From Lama glama (lineage: Eukaryota): DNA of 64,000 nt. The translations under genes were made by a program, and so were the position numbers. The notes under the pieces are model-generated. The model was not told the origin of the DNA and did not search any database. It worked only from the letters and a program-made list of their open reading frames with translations. The DNA lies in assembly GCA_028534125.1 (NCBI GenBank), contig CM052818.1, positions 13,084,001-13,148,000 on the forward strand, given 5' to 3'. This document shows positions 14,601 through 27,079 of this stretch, one piece after another; within the stretch, counting starts at the first letter, position 1, and each line of letters begins with the position of its first letter.

Positions 14601-17600
14601 CCAGCTACTAAAGGCGCTTGAGTCATAAAACAGTTAAGGGGAAGCCTGTAATTTATTTCCTACACTTTGCTTCTTCATCCTGCTTCTCCACACATGCTCT
14701 GATCAGCTTCACATGACACCCTGCTGCCAGGTTGTACAGGCCCCCCGGCACGCAGTCTAGGAGGTGACACGAGTTCCACGTGAACCGTCTAACAGCGGCG
14801 CTGAGCACGGTCTCACAGGGTACCTCCTACGACGTTTCCTTCATTCTCTGTGTCAACCACAAAAATCTAAACAAAGGCCTGGTCCACTGCTTGCTGGCTG
14901 TTACTCCAGGTGCTTTAGTCTACAGTCTACAGCAGTCTGCAATAAATCAGAGTTCCCTTGAAAGGACATCTTTTCCTCTGGATGCTGTTCCATCACAAGT
15001 CTAGCTGCCTTTGATTCATATGCAGGTCCCCTCGTGATGTTCTCAGTCTAGTCACACTGCACAACACCGACGTGTGATACCTCATGCCTTTGTCATCTTT
15101 TTTCAGTCATTTCGGCTTCTCTCAGAACTGAATTCCCGAAAAGTATGTTACATTTTAAAATAAAGAATATACATTGTTTTGATATAAATTAGTGGTAAAT
15201 GAAAGTTAATTTTCTAACATTTCCTATATTGGTATTGTCTTTCATCATAATTTTTTAAACTCTGAAATGTCACGTTCCATTAATTATGTGAAATCCTTTG
15301 AAATATTTTTAAATATGATTTTTAAAAAAATGTTTACATTAGTTTACGTGCTCAGGAGACTGTCCGCAGTTCTGGTGATCTTTATCATTGGTATGAACTT
15401 TGAAAAGGCATTTCCTTCCCAAACGATAATACCTAATAAGTAACCCTGCATTTCCTAAAAGTAATAGGACTGCCCATCGTTTTGGGCTCCCTGTGAAATG
15501 TGTTCACAAACTGGATGTGGAGCCCAGCTCAGCGATGCCTGTAGGTACCACAGAGACCACGGCAGAGTGAAGAGTGCTGTGCTCGCTGGGGGATGAGTGA
15601 TGTCATACTTCCTGTGGGCTCCTCGCCATCACTGGGTGGAACCAACTCCATCTTCACCACATTTCTCTACCCATCCTTGACTACAGACCCCTTCATTCCG
15701 GGACTTGGTAACTTTTCATGGGTATAAGAAACAGACACATGCTTTTTTATTCTTGGGCACAGAATGTTCTGGGCTGAAAGGAACCACATCTACCAATAAA
15801 GAGACAGAGGCCTTTGTATCTGTAAGCGTTTATCAACTCATCTTGCTTATTTTTAAATATGTATATTGTTAGGGAAAACTAGTGCTTTTATGCTCACTGC
15901 ACGTAATTTTATATAAATAAAAATAAACATTAAGGGGATGGCACATTATCTTTCAGAGTACATATGAGCTAACACCGCTCAGGCTGGCATGTGAGCCCCA
16001 CTACACGCATATTTATAAATGGTAGAACACAATGAGGTAGAATAACCTACAGGGACATAAATATGCACCTGAAAATAAAAGGTCCAATATGGTGGAAAGT
16101 TATAGTTTTAAGGAACTTTATATCAGAATTAAAAGGGGCACACCTCTTTGTCTATATGTCACACACAGACTCAAACTTCCTGTGGAGAAAGAGTCATGTG
16201 TGTGCAGAGCTGAGCAGAACCTTCCGCAGCACCTTTGACAGCCCTCTTTTTCAGTCCAGGTATTTAAGGTTCACAGAGGTTAGGGTATCCTGGTCCAACA
16301 GCTACATAAGCAAGTCCTAGTTCTTGTAATCCCTGTTCAGTGTTTGTTCCACCCATTCGCAGGGACTCCTTTAACTGCTTGATTATCAACAGCGTCTACA
16401 GTCATGGCTGACTATGTCTCAGTTTTCTAAAAATGACTTAGTAATGGTTTGCTTATTTTTCACACAATGGTAGCTTTTTGAGTTTAATTTAGGAAAGTGT
16501 CAAGTCACCGAGAACTTTATTTACCTAAGCTGCCTTATTCTGTCAAAGAATATAATGATTTGCCTACACTACATTTATTATCTAAATTCCATTTATATTT
16601 AGGCAATGTAGACATTACCTACGCTGCATTTGTAATTTGCCAACTTTACGTTTTGAGGATATAGGTAACTACCAATTATTAAGAGGAGCCAGTTATCATT
16701 TTTATGGTGTTATAAGCACAATCATTTTCCTCAGGCTGCAGCAAGGAAAGAAATTAGACATTCAGACTTTTAAATGAAAAATGCTTAAACCACACGTAGG
16801 GCAGGTCTGAACCAGAAAGAAGAGGACAGCACGGTTCAGATCTGTTTCCTCTTTTACATCCACCAAGAGGGGCAGCGACCTCCAGCGGGAGATGTTGGGC
16901 AGAGTGGGACTGGAGTCTCATCTTCACTGTGTCACCTAAGCCAAGTTTTCATAATTTACATGTTTTGATATCCGTATTTCAATAGTATTTACATTTAATT
17001 AATTTAATTCCCAAGTCAAACTTTATACAATATTTTCCACCAGTTTCTTCATAGAGGGCAAGGGAAGACTATTTCATCTTTACCTTTAAAAATTTTTTTG
17101 ACTACTTTGGATTAAAAAGCACCTAAAGAAGAGCAGAGAGCCGTGTCCCTAAGACAAGGCACATTAATTTCCCTTATAGCTCCGTCTCAAATTGTCCCCA
17201 ATATTCCTCCATATTGCTTCTCATGCAAATACCTCTGGTTCTAGTTGGTATTACTACACAGCAAAACTTTTTGCTGAGAGAGTCCCATTGTTTCTGGTGA
17301 CAAGTCTGCCAAGGACAGGTAACAAAAATGCTGCTATTTTTATGGCAACTACAAGTCCAAAAAAATTTTTTAAGTATGCCTTAGTGATGGAATGGTTAAC
17401 ATGCCAGTATAGCTATAAAAAGGCAACACTGTTAAGTATGAATTACTGATACCATAGTCCCTAGTAACAATATTTTTTAAATTCAATAATTCTATTAATA
17501 AGTTTAACATGTGGCATAGCTATATTTCCTGTTACATTTCTGTTTCACCTATTTTCTCTCATTAGAAATAAAACTTCTCATCATGGATCAGAGATTCTCA

Positions 17601-20491
17601 AATAAGAACTCTCAAGCAGGAGGGGGTCACAGAAGAAGGTGGTAAACCCCCTTCCTTTGAGAGACTCCATGTTGCCTGAGACACTTTTCCTATGAGCTTG
17701 ACTGTCTCTGATACTTCCTCTGATAGATTTTAGCTTTTTCCTTAATCCAGGCTCCATTTCTCTGCGTTCTCCAGCACGGCTTTTCCCCATCAATTTACTT
17801 TCCATAGCTATTTGTGTCTTTTTTTTCCAGTGCACCCACACCACTTGTGTAGCACCAGTCTGTGCTACGAAAACTATTGAACTATACACAAAGGCTTGTT
17901 TCCTTCTCTTTAATTATATAAATCATGGTGACTGAGAGAAAATAGTAATCCACAAGCACTGTTTCTCTGATGGAGTCCATTTTTCTGCAAATATGACTCC
18001 AGCAGCAACCAACCCTTAATGGATTTAACTTATGTCTTTTATCAGTAGCATCCAGATTCTACTCAGGTTATGCAACATAATTAGACCAGCTATCCATGGG
18101 GAAAAAAAAGGTTTTTGTACAAGTGACTCCTCAGGAATGCCACAACGGTAATTTCCATGCAAATAACAACTGAAGAATACCACCACTCACTCGGAAAGCA
18201 CTACTCTGTGTCTGGTTTTTGCACCATTGTTACTAAATTTTTTTCTTCCAGAACAATTCCCACTCTAGAAGAGCTGTTTATTTCTGACCCAGTAAGACAA
18301 AAATGACCTGAGAAACATAAAGTCAGAAAATGTGGAAAGGGGAGGGGGCGACCTGGTAAGTAAATACCTCCACAGCAAAAGAGGAAAAGCACATGAGGGA
18401 AATCTGCCTGTCCCAGGGCATCCTCCCATCTCTGCCCAGCCAGCAATCTGCAGGAGCACCCAAGTGAGGGAGCTTTTCCGAGACGTGATGCTGGACCTGG
18501 GGTGTGTTGCCATGGAAGCGAGGGGCTTGACTTTGTCAGTTCCTGTGTCCCTCCTCAGCACTTCTGGCAATGGTGACGGCTTCTTTCCTTTGTTCAGAAA
18601 CTGCTCTGGAAAGGGCCCTGCCGCCTTCCCAATGCACTGAAAGACTGCATTGTTGAGGCCACACTGTAACCAAATTACACAAGAGGGAGATTTTTCATTT
18701 CCATTCCTAAAATTAGACTCGTGTGTGCGCTAGCGCAACGGAAATGGAAACACTTGCTGAAAGAGGCCCATTCAATGGTGATCCGAGTTGCCAGTGCCTT
18801 TCAAACACTGTTGCTAAATCCACGGCCCACGGCGGGCATAGGACACTAGGCAGGTCAGGGCACCAACGCTGATTCTGGAAACTTGCTCTAAAATGTCGGT
18901 CTCAGGAGGTGGGTGGTTTGTTCTGGAGAGGGTCTCTGGGCACAGAGAACACACAGTGCTTTTCCAAGCAGATGTTGGTGCCAGAGCATTAGATGAAAAG
19001 GAACAGATTTTCCGAGGGGATTAGTAACAAATGTACTTAATGACTTTGGAATTGCAGCAAACTGCTTGTTTCTTGTCTGTAGCCCTCTCCGTGATGCAAA
19101 ATCTGAACTCAACACAAGATAGGTGAAAACAGCGTTTAAAAAAATAATAGCTTTTACCTCATGGTTGTGTCTGAAAAGTAACTGATGTCTTCAAAGGACA
19201 TTGTAATAAAATCCTCAGATAGGTATTCTATGTCATGCACATTAAGATGTCTTCTCATCGAACAGACTGCCTTGCAGACATAACACATACACATATTGGC
19301 TAGGTCTGCATTAAAAGTCTCTGTGACCATCAAGAATAGGACAGTGGAATGGATAGAGCGATCCGAGCAAGGTTTTTCAATTTAGGCTAAAACAGCAAAT
19401 GTCATGGGAATATGCTTTGAAAACCACTCCTGTAACTTATGTTTCCCTATCCACCTACCTCCAAAACATCTGAACAAAGACCCTCTGACCACACTCTGTT
19501 AAGTATGGATTTTCATGCAGATAAGGGTCTGTGTGCTTCTACAATAAAACTTTATGATCCTGAAGGATTTGGGCAATGTGTCAGGGAGGAGAAGATTCTG
19601 TAAAATGCATTTTTCTTTCATTTCAGATAGATACTGTGGCTTTTTACTATTAATTAACAATTTGTTATTTATTATTAATATTTTCCCTTAAGCAGGAAAA
19701 GGGTAAGTGTCTAACAAATCTTAGATGGCTAAGCAGGTCCAATGTGAAATTTTAAGATAAGTGTTAAAAAAAAAAAGATTTTGACAATAAGATAAAAATA
19801 GATTTAGTAGCTTAATTACACTGAGGTAAGTTAATGGTATGAAATGATTAAATGATTTCTGTGTGTCCACCAGAAAGAACACTGAATAGGCCAACATTTT
19901 GGCCTGAGTCTGTCGTAATTAGCTATCTGACCAGGACTATACTCCTAAACTCTGTGAACCTTATATGCCTTTTCTAAAGGAGGAGGTTGTCCAGTGTGAT
20001 AGGTAAGGTTCTAGCCAGCTTTGAAAATGTATGACTCTATATCTAGAGCCAAGTTTGTGTCAATGTGTAAATGCAACCATGAAATAGGTATGTTCCTTTT
20101 AAGTTTGATATCAAATTCCTTACAACTACAACTTTATACCACATTGGGTCTTTTATTTATAAGTGCCTGCTTATGACACTGTGGGTAACTCTACCTCATT
20201 GGATTTACAAGGTAACAAAATTTCATAGACAGCATCTACATTTACTTAAGTAACACACAGTCTTCACTGAGGGTTCACAGCATATTAAAAATGTACATAG
20301 TGGAGCTGACAGACCAGTCTGAGCAGTTTCAGCATTATGTGCATTACAAGAGGGCAGATGCAATCCTTTGAAATATTTTTCAATATAATTTGTAAAACAT
20401 GTTCATATGAGTGTATGTGTTCAAGGAAGAATATCCAAGGTCCAGGTGAACTTTAATTGCCATTTATACCGGCTTTCAAAAAAGTGTTTTC

Positions 20492-21058
20492 AGGGTTTAT
20501 TCATATTGTCACAAATGCCAGCATCCCCTCCTTTTATAAGGCTGAGTAACGACTCACTGTATGTGTGCACCACATTTTCATTATCTGTTCATCTGTTGGT
20601 GGGCATTTAAGTTGCTTCCATATCTTGGCTACTGTTAATAGTTCTGCAGTAGACACAAGAGTGTTAATATCTCTTTGAGATCCTGATTTTAATTCTTCTG
20701 GGTGAATATCTGCAAGTGGGATTGCTAGATCAAATGGCAGGAGAAGTAAGCCTGTCACAGAAAGACAAATACTACATGATTCCACTTGTATGAGGTATGG
20801 AGCACAGTCAAACTCATAGAAGCAAAGAACAGAATGGTGGTTGCCAGGAGCTGGGATGGGGGAGGGAAAGAGGAGGTGATGGGGAGTTGCTAATCAACAT
20901 GTATAAAATGTCACTTATGCAAGATGAATAAGTTCTGGAGATCTAAAGTACATCATACCTAGAGATAAGAATACTGTAGCATATATACTTAAAAATCTGT
21001 CAAGAAGGTAGGGCTCATTCTGTCTTCCTTGCAAAATAAAAAAAAATGAAATAAATAG
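20492..21058 (+). mobile_element. 5'-inverted, truncated L1 (L1MA/L1MB-type 3' end); 20492-20740 inverted, 20741-21058 forward with A-tail
   Basis: A minus-orientation L1 ORF2-end segment is joined to the plus-orientation downstream segment 'aagtaagcctgtcacagaaagacaaatactacatgattccact'. It has an A-rich tail and 12-bp flanking repeats at 20480-20491 and 21059-21070. Confidence 0.9.
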
Positions 21059-21720
21059 AAAAGCATTTTCTTTTCAAATAATATCAAGCAAATAATACTG
21101 CATTTTCTGAAATTAATGAGATTGTTCTTACTTTAGGATACCTTTGAAATATTGTGTTTACAAACTAGGCTTAAGGTGCAGCTCAGTGATCCTTGGAGGA
21201 TGTCGTAAAGATCATGGCAGAGCAGAGAGCTCTGTGCTTACTGAGTGATGACCTGCCGTGGCATCTGTCCTGATATTTCATCGATGCCTCCTGTGAGCGC
21301 CTCTTCACCACCAGATAGATCCACACTCAGTCTTCACTGCATTTTACTATCTGCTCTTGAATAAAAACCCCTTCATTCTGTAACTTGGTAACTTTGCACG
21401 GGTGTAAGATTGGAACCAAGCTTTAATTACAAAATATAAGAGCTGGGAGGAACCTTATCATTTACAAATCAAGAAATGGAAACCTTTGCACCTAACCAGA
21501 GAGAAATTCACAAGCATTTATTACACTCATCTGTTTGTTTTTAAATATGCACTGCTAGGGCAAAGTTGTGACTCTGTTCAGTATACGCAATTTTCTATGA
21601 GGAATAAAAGTAAGCATTAAAGAGATTTCTTCATCCAGAAAAATGCTTTACTTAATTAGTCTAAATACTAAACAGCAAAGAACCTTGCTACAGCCACAAA
21701 AGACATCTGCTATACTTGCC

Positions 21721-21772
21721 AACTAAATTCTTATTCCTGTTTATCCAACTATATTCTTACTCCTGTTTATCC
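21721..21772. repeat. 26-bp tandem duplication (2 copies, 2 mismatches)
   Basis: aactaaattcttattcctgtttatcc / aactatattcttactcctgtttatcc. Confidence 0.9.
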
Positions 21773-22351
21773 AAAGACAAGTGGATATAAATTTATAAAT
21801 TTGAGAGTAAAATATTATACCTTCTAATCAAGGCACAGTAAGCAAGCTCTTATCATTGAAAATCAAGCACTCAGATATTGAGACTAATTTATGCAGGGAT
21901 GTCAGCTGGTGGCATTGAATTGACCTTGCAAATGAGCTAACATCATGCCGTCAGAAATAGTTTCTGCAGGGAGATCTCATGATTGTTTTAGGACCAATAA
22001 ACATCTAGGAATAATATGAATATGCCTTTGTGTCATTCAGCCCAAGTCTCGGACCTCCATGAGGTTTCACCTTACATGCTTTCCACAGCTGAGATCCCTT
22101 TCCCATCTTCCATCCTCAGATCTCATCTACTGTCCGTGTTCATTTCAGTTGTGTTTATATAGGTAGTTGTAAATGGTGGTTCTAGCATGTCTACCATAGC
22201 TATAAATGAAGGCCACCCTCTCAAATACAGAAATTTAACAGATATGTTTTTGAACTGAGATGGATCTAACATATTCTTTGCATATGTCCAATAATGCATT
22301 TCAAACAATAGATTTTCTTTGCATTAAAATACTTTGGACATGTAAAAAGTT

Positions 22352-22502
22352 GTTTAATTCTAAGACATTGTTTTTCCAATTTAATATCATTGAAATCAGC
22401 AAGAATCTGTCTGACACAGTATAGCTGACAACATCCTTCTTCTTAATAGTACATAAGATCATAGGGCATCTCACATCAGTGGCATTTTAGATTCAATAAA
22501 AC
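22352..22502. mobile_element. MER96B-like DNA transposon MITE relic
   Basis: Ends 'aattctaagaca...' and '...gtggcattttagattcaataaaa' are roughly inverted and resemble the recalled consensus. The family name is tentative. Confidence 0.5.
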
Positions 22503-24180
22503 AATCTTTCTCAGCCATTCCTTATGAAGAAAACAATAACAATCTTCTGTGATAAAAATAGCAATGCATTTAAAATCAAATGAATTTGGAAAAAATACTT
22601 TAATTTTTAAAGTTGTCTAATCTCTTCTACTCTTAACTATGCAAGTGCTCTGTATTTAAATATGCACACATACATCAAGTATAGTTGAGGACCCTTCTGG
22701 TGCCCCTTCAAGAACTCTAGCACTCACTTTCACAGATTTTAAAAAATCAATCTTGTAATTATTTTCCCATTTGTGTGCCTCTTTTTCAATAAGACAGCAC
22801 ACATGCAGGCATTCGATATGAGCTGTGAGTCTCAATTCCCACTCAGAGGAAAACTAAGAAACATATTTCTTTTTTTCTCCCCCTTCTTTCTTGTCACTTA
22901 CATTCCCTCAGAGATGGTATAACCATATATAACATAAATGAATTATATTTTTTAGGTATCGTGGAACAGAGAATTTAGATGTTTTCAGTCAAGGGTGTTA
23001 GTACAGTCATACTGTGAATCCAATAGAAAAGGAAAAATGGCAAAGGAATTTTAAAAATGAAAAGTACAGAACAGCATAGAAAAAAAAAAACTACTAGTGT
23101 TTTATTTCATGATGCAAATAATCCTTTCTGGCATCATGAGTACTGACGTATGTGTAGTTTGAGAAAGGTGAGAAAGGTTCATTTCATTTCATGATTTCTA
23201 GCCGGGTGGTTGGCCAATGGAAGGAGAGAGGCATTCTCACCTGCAGTACTGACCACCCAAATCAGCATCAATTGAGCAAAAGTAGTTTAAAAACAAAAGA
23301 TTAAAAAGACCTAAAATGTCTTTCCAAAGCCTTTCTATTAGTTAAGTCTTTGTATTAGTGTTTATATATCTGCTCCAGAATTATAAATAGTCTCTGTCTT
23401 TACATTTAAACTACTGTTAACTAGCTGTTTGAGGTTTAATTTACTCTTCGTCACTTATGAAATAGAAATCATCATCAGAATGTGGAAAGAACATTAGTGA
23501 CTAAATGTTTACAACACTCCATTTTATAGAACATTAAAATACATTACTGTTCACCTGTCTGTAAAGGAAACCAACCTAGAATCAGATTTGTTCAACTCCT
23601 CAACAAAATACTTCCCAAGAACCACTACCTCAACCAGCATCATTTTCACCAAGACATCAGCCCACGGAAAAAGTTTTTCAAGTAAAATATATGGTAAGGC
23701 ATTAAATCCCAGAAAAAGTGCCACTTTACATTCATCACAGAAAAGAAATTAAGCCCCAAAGTAAAAACTGTCAATTACTGTCATTGCTTTGTTGCACTGA
23801 AAGAGTTCAATTATATCACAAAGAATCTTAGAAAGTACTAATTTAATTAAAATATGAAATCTGCAAACTACATGCAGCTTTCCCTAGCTCATAAATTAGC
23901 AGGTTTTCCATTTAAATAAGAGTCTCTTCTCTATATTCCCCAACAACATGCATGATGGATGTGAGCAGCACCATCGAAGCACTTTCTACTGCTCTTCATT
24001 TTCTCTTTTTCCTTCTAAAATGATTTTACATTCCCATTTTAGACATCTGTACCCTTTAGTATCACACACAAGAATCTGGATAATACGATGGTCATTATGG
24101 AAAGTAATCACTCCACATTGATGAATGGCTACTGACAAAATGACTTGTATCATTTAAGAAAAAATGCAATTGAGACTTTA

Positions 24181-24420
<240 letters not shown>

Positions 24421-26959
24421 CTACTTAGACTGTCATTTAGAAAATAAAATTTCTCCCCAGAAAAACAGCAGAAGCCATTAAAACTATAAGCAGTTTGAAC
24501 AATTGCACAATGTTAAGGAAAAGCAGAGAAATTTATAGGTGTTGAACTGGCAGCCGTCTGCCCACCATGCAGCCTTCAGAACATGAGACACCCTGCAGAC
24601 AGTTATTCCCTCTTTTCTTCTTATTTTGTGCATTTTGAGCTTTCCCACACATAAGACTTTTTGTAACATTCATTATAACCAAGATAAATTAACAGGACAT
24701 ATTAAAAACTATAAAATAAGAAACTATTTCAAATATCCAGCTCCCTTCATTTTCCCAATAGATGTTTCAAGTCTTAAGAGCAACATTTTGTTCTTCTCAC
24801 ACACAAATCTATCGATACTGTGGACTATCACCTAGAAGCCAGCTACAAAGAGGCTGAATAAGGAGAGGCTGAAGTTTGCCTCTGATTTTGGCTGAGCACA
24901 ACAGAGACCCAAGTTCTTCCCAAACAGGTAGCTAAACCAGGGGCAGACTTGAAATTCATTGTTTTCATTTCTTCGCAAGCACAGGTATGTACTGAAAGCT
25001 CGGAATCCGCATCATGCTTAGCGTCTGTTCTGTTCTGTAAATTTTCTAGCTTTACGAAAAGGTTCACATGCAGACCAAAGTGGAGTTTCATTTTGAGGAA
25101 CCATGTGACAGGAACTCTTCATAAAATGGAAAATATTCAAGTGCACAGCATCATATTGCAATATAGTCACAATTCATTACCCAAGAACAAACTTATTTCA
25201 GGGCTAGTGAAAGGTACACGACCAAAGAATCCCTCCAGAGTGTAATTCCACAGTTAACGTTAAAGCAGCAGAGCCTCCTCAGTGCACGCTTTTCATTCTC
25301 AAAGACACAAAAGTGCAAGAGACAAGGCCAGGACGGTAGTGCACTTGAGGGGTAGGTATTTAGAGCCACTAATAACCTGAAGTCAGGATGGACATGTCTG
25401 TGAATTAATATGAAATTCACCATGGACAGTACTTTATCATTTTACATGGGAATTGGTTATACGAACCCAACTCCATTTTGTAACCTTCAAAGCAATATGA
25501 CAACATTTTATTTTCTTAACGTACATAAGAAATTTCAGTCCTTAATTCACAAATACAGCAAGCTCATCCCTGACCACTTTATAGCATGCCTGTTTTCACA
25601 AATGTTGGCAGAAAGTCCCATCACTAACATTACATAACCGTCCACTGATCTCACACCAGTGGAAATGGCTTGCCTTGAGCATTCCTCAACAAGATAGAAA
25701 CACAAGGTAAAGGAAACTGAATACATTTGCAAGAAATATGCTCTCATTTTTTTTTAGCTCGATGAAATGTTAAGCATTTGCTTTACAGACTCTTCAAAAT
25801 GGAAAAAAACAAATATCAGCATAAATGAATAACAAATTTATTGATTTCATGAGTCTGCTTTACTTGAGCAAATGAGTAAGTGATTTGCTGATCATCAAAA
25901 TGCGAATGTAGATTGCCTGATTTACAGTTTTGCAAGCCCCTCCCCACTCTAAAAACACAACCACTTGATAAGGGCCATTCAAGTAAAAAGTTGCTCAGAA
26001 ATATTCTATGTAAACCATAAATACAATTCTTTTCTCCTTTGTTCACAATTTACACCTTTCTTATTGTCCCTTTACTGTACTATCCCTAAGGCTGTCATAC
26101 TTAAAGCAGCTGAAATGACTCTAGACAGTGATCCAGGTGACATTTGAAAAATGCCACTGAATGGATTTTAATTCAGTAACTATCTTCAGTCACTTTAATC
26201 TATTTCCCTTCTTTAAATCTTTGCAGTTTACATATTCGATGGTTTCATTAAGTTTCTGCTTAGATTATGAAAGTCACATCATGCCAGTTCAAAAAAAGGG
26301 GCTAAATTCCTGAATTCGGAAAACATTCCTTAACTCCAATTTTTATAGTTTTTTTTACAACAGATGAAGTCCAAATCTTCGTTCCAAAGCATCTACTGCA
26401 AATATGGGCAGGGACAGGAAATGATAGGGAATATCTTTAGACAGGTAAAGTAATAAAACATGTTATCTCTACAGTAAAGGCAAAGCTAAGGAGAGTTCTG
26501 AGTTCACTCATCCCACATCCCACAAATATTTAATTGTGTCACTGACCTGTGTCAGGCACTATGCTAGGTTTGGGGTGAAGAGAAGGCCAGTTGTTGCACG
26601 TCAAATTCCTCAGCATACAAATTCCTTTTTAGGATTACATGCCCACGTGCTATGTTCCAGAAAGTCCTGGTGTTCCAGGCTCAGCCTCTGTTGCAATTAT
26701 TACTTAACAATGAACGGATACGATGAGTGAAAAAACTCCTTTGTGTGTGGGGAGAGGGGGATGGGGGTGAGGGGACAGGAAGAATAGCTAATCTGCATGA
26801 ATAAATAAGAACATTCATGCTGTTAGTTGTTTTATTCATCAAGAAACTGATTATATACTCCTTTTATATGGGAGTGGAGCAGGTAAACTTTTTTCTGGAA
26901 TATACTACAAGATCATCACTGGGTCCCCAAGTCCTTATTAGGACGAGCCAGTGAGGACA

Positions 26960-27079
26960 CTATCCAATCCTTTGATTTTGACATGAGAGAAAAATAAATA
27001 TTTGTTTTGTTAAGCCCTTAGGATTTCAAGGTTTATTTGTTATTTCATCATAGGCTAGGCAAGCCTGACTACTAGTACA
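26960..27079 (+). mobile_element. MaLR (old MLT1-type) LTR 3' fragment
   Basis: 'acatgagagaaaaataaatatttgttttgttaagccc...tttgttatttcatcatag...cctgactactagtaca' is a typical MLT1 LTR end. Confidence 0.65.

Noticed and set aside
16860..16877. CTCF-like motif ccaccaagaggggcagc
   Set aside because: The spacing does not fit the CCASYAGRKGGCRS core without an indel.
2200..24170. Searched for the next CCDC85A exons (e.g. a GSFRLSSG...VVHSLK-type exon)
   Set aside because: I recognised no matching sequence by eye. They probably lie beyond the left edge; TBLASTN would settle it.
26749..26775. G-quadruplex-like run ggggagagggggatgggggtgagggg
   Set aside because: An isolated low-complexity motif, common in mammalian introns, with no supporting context.
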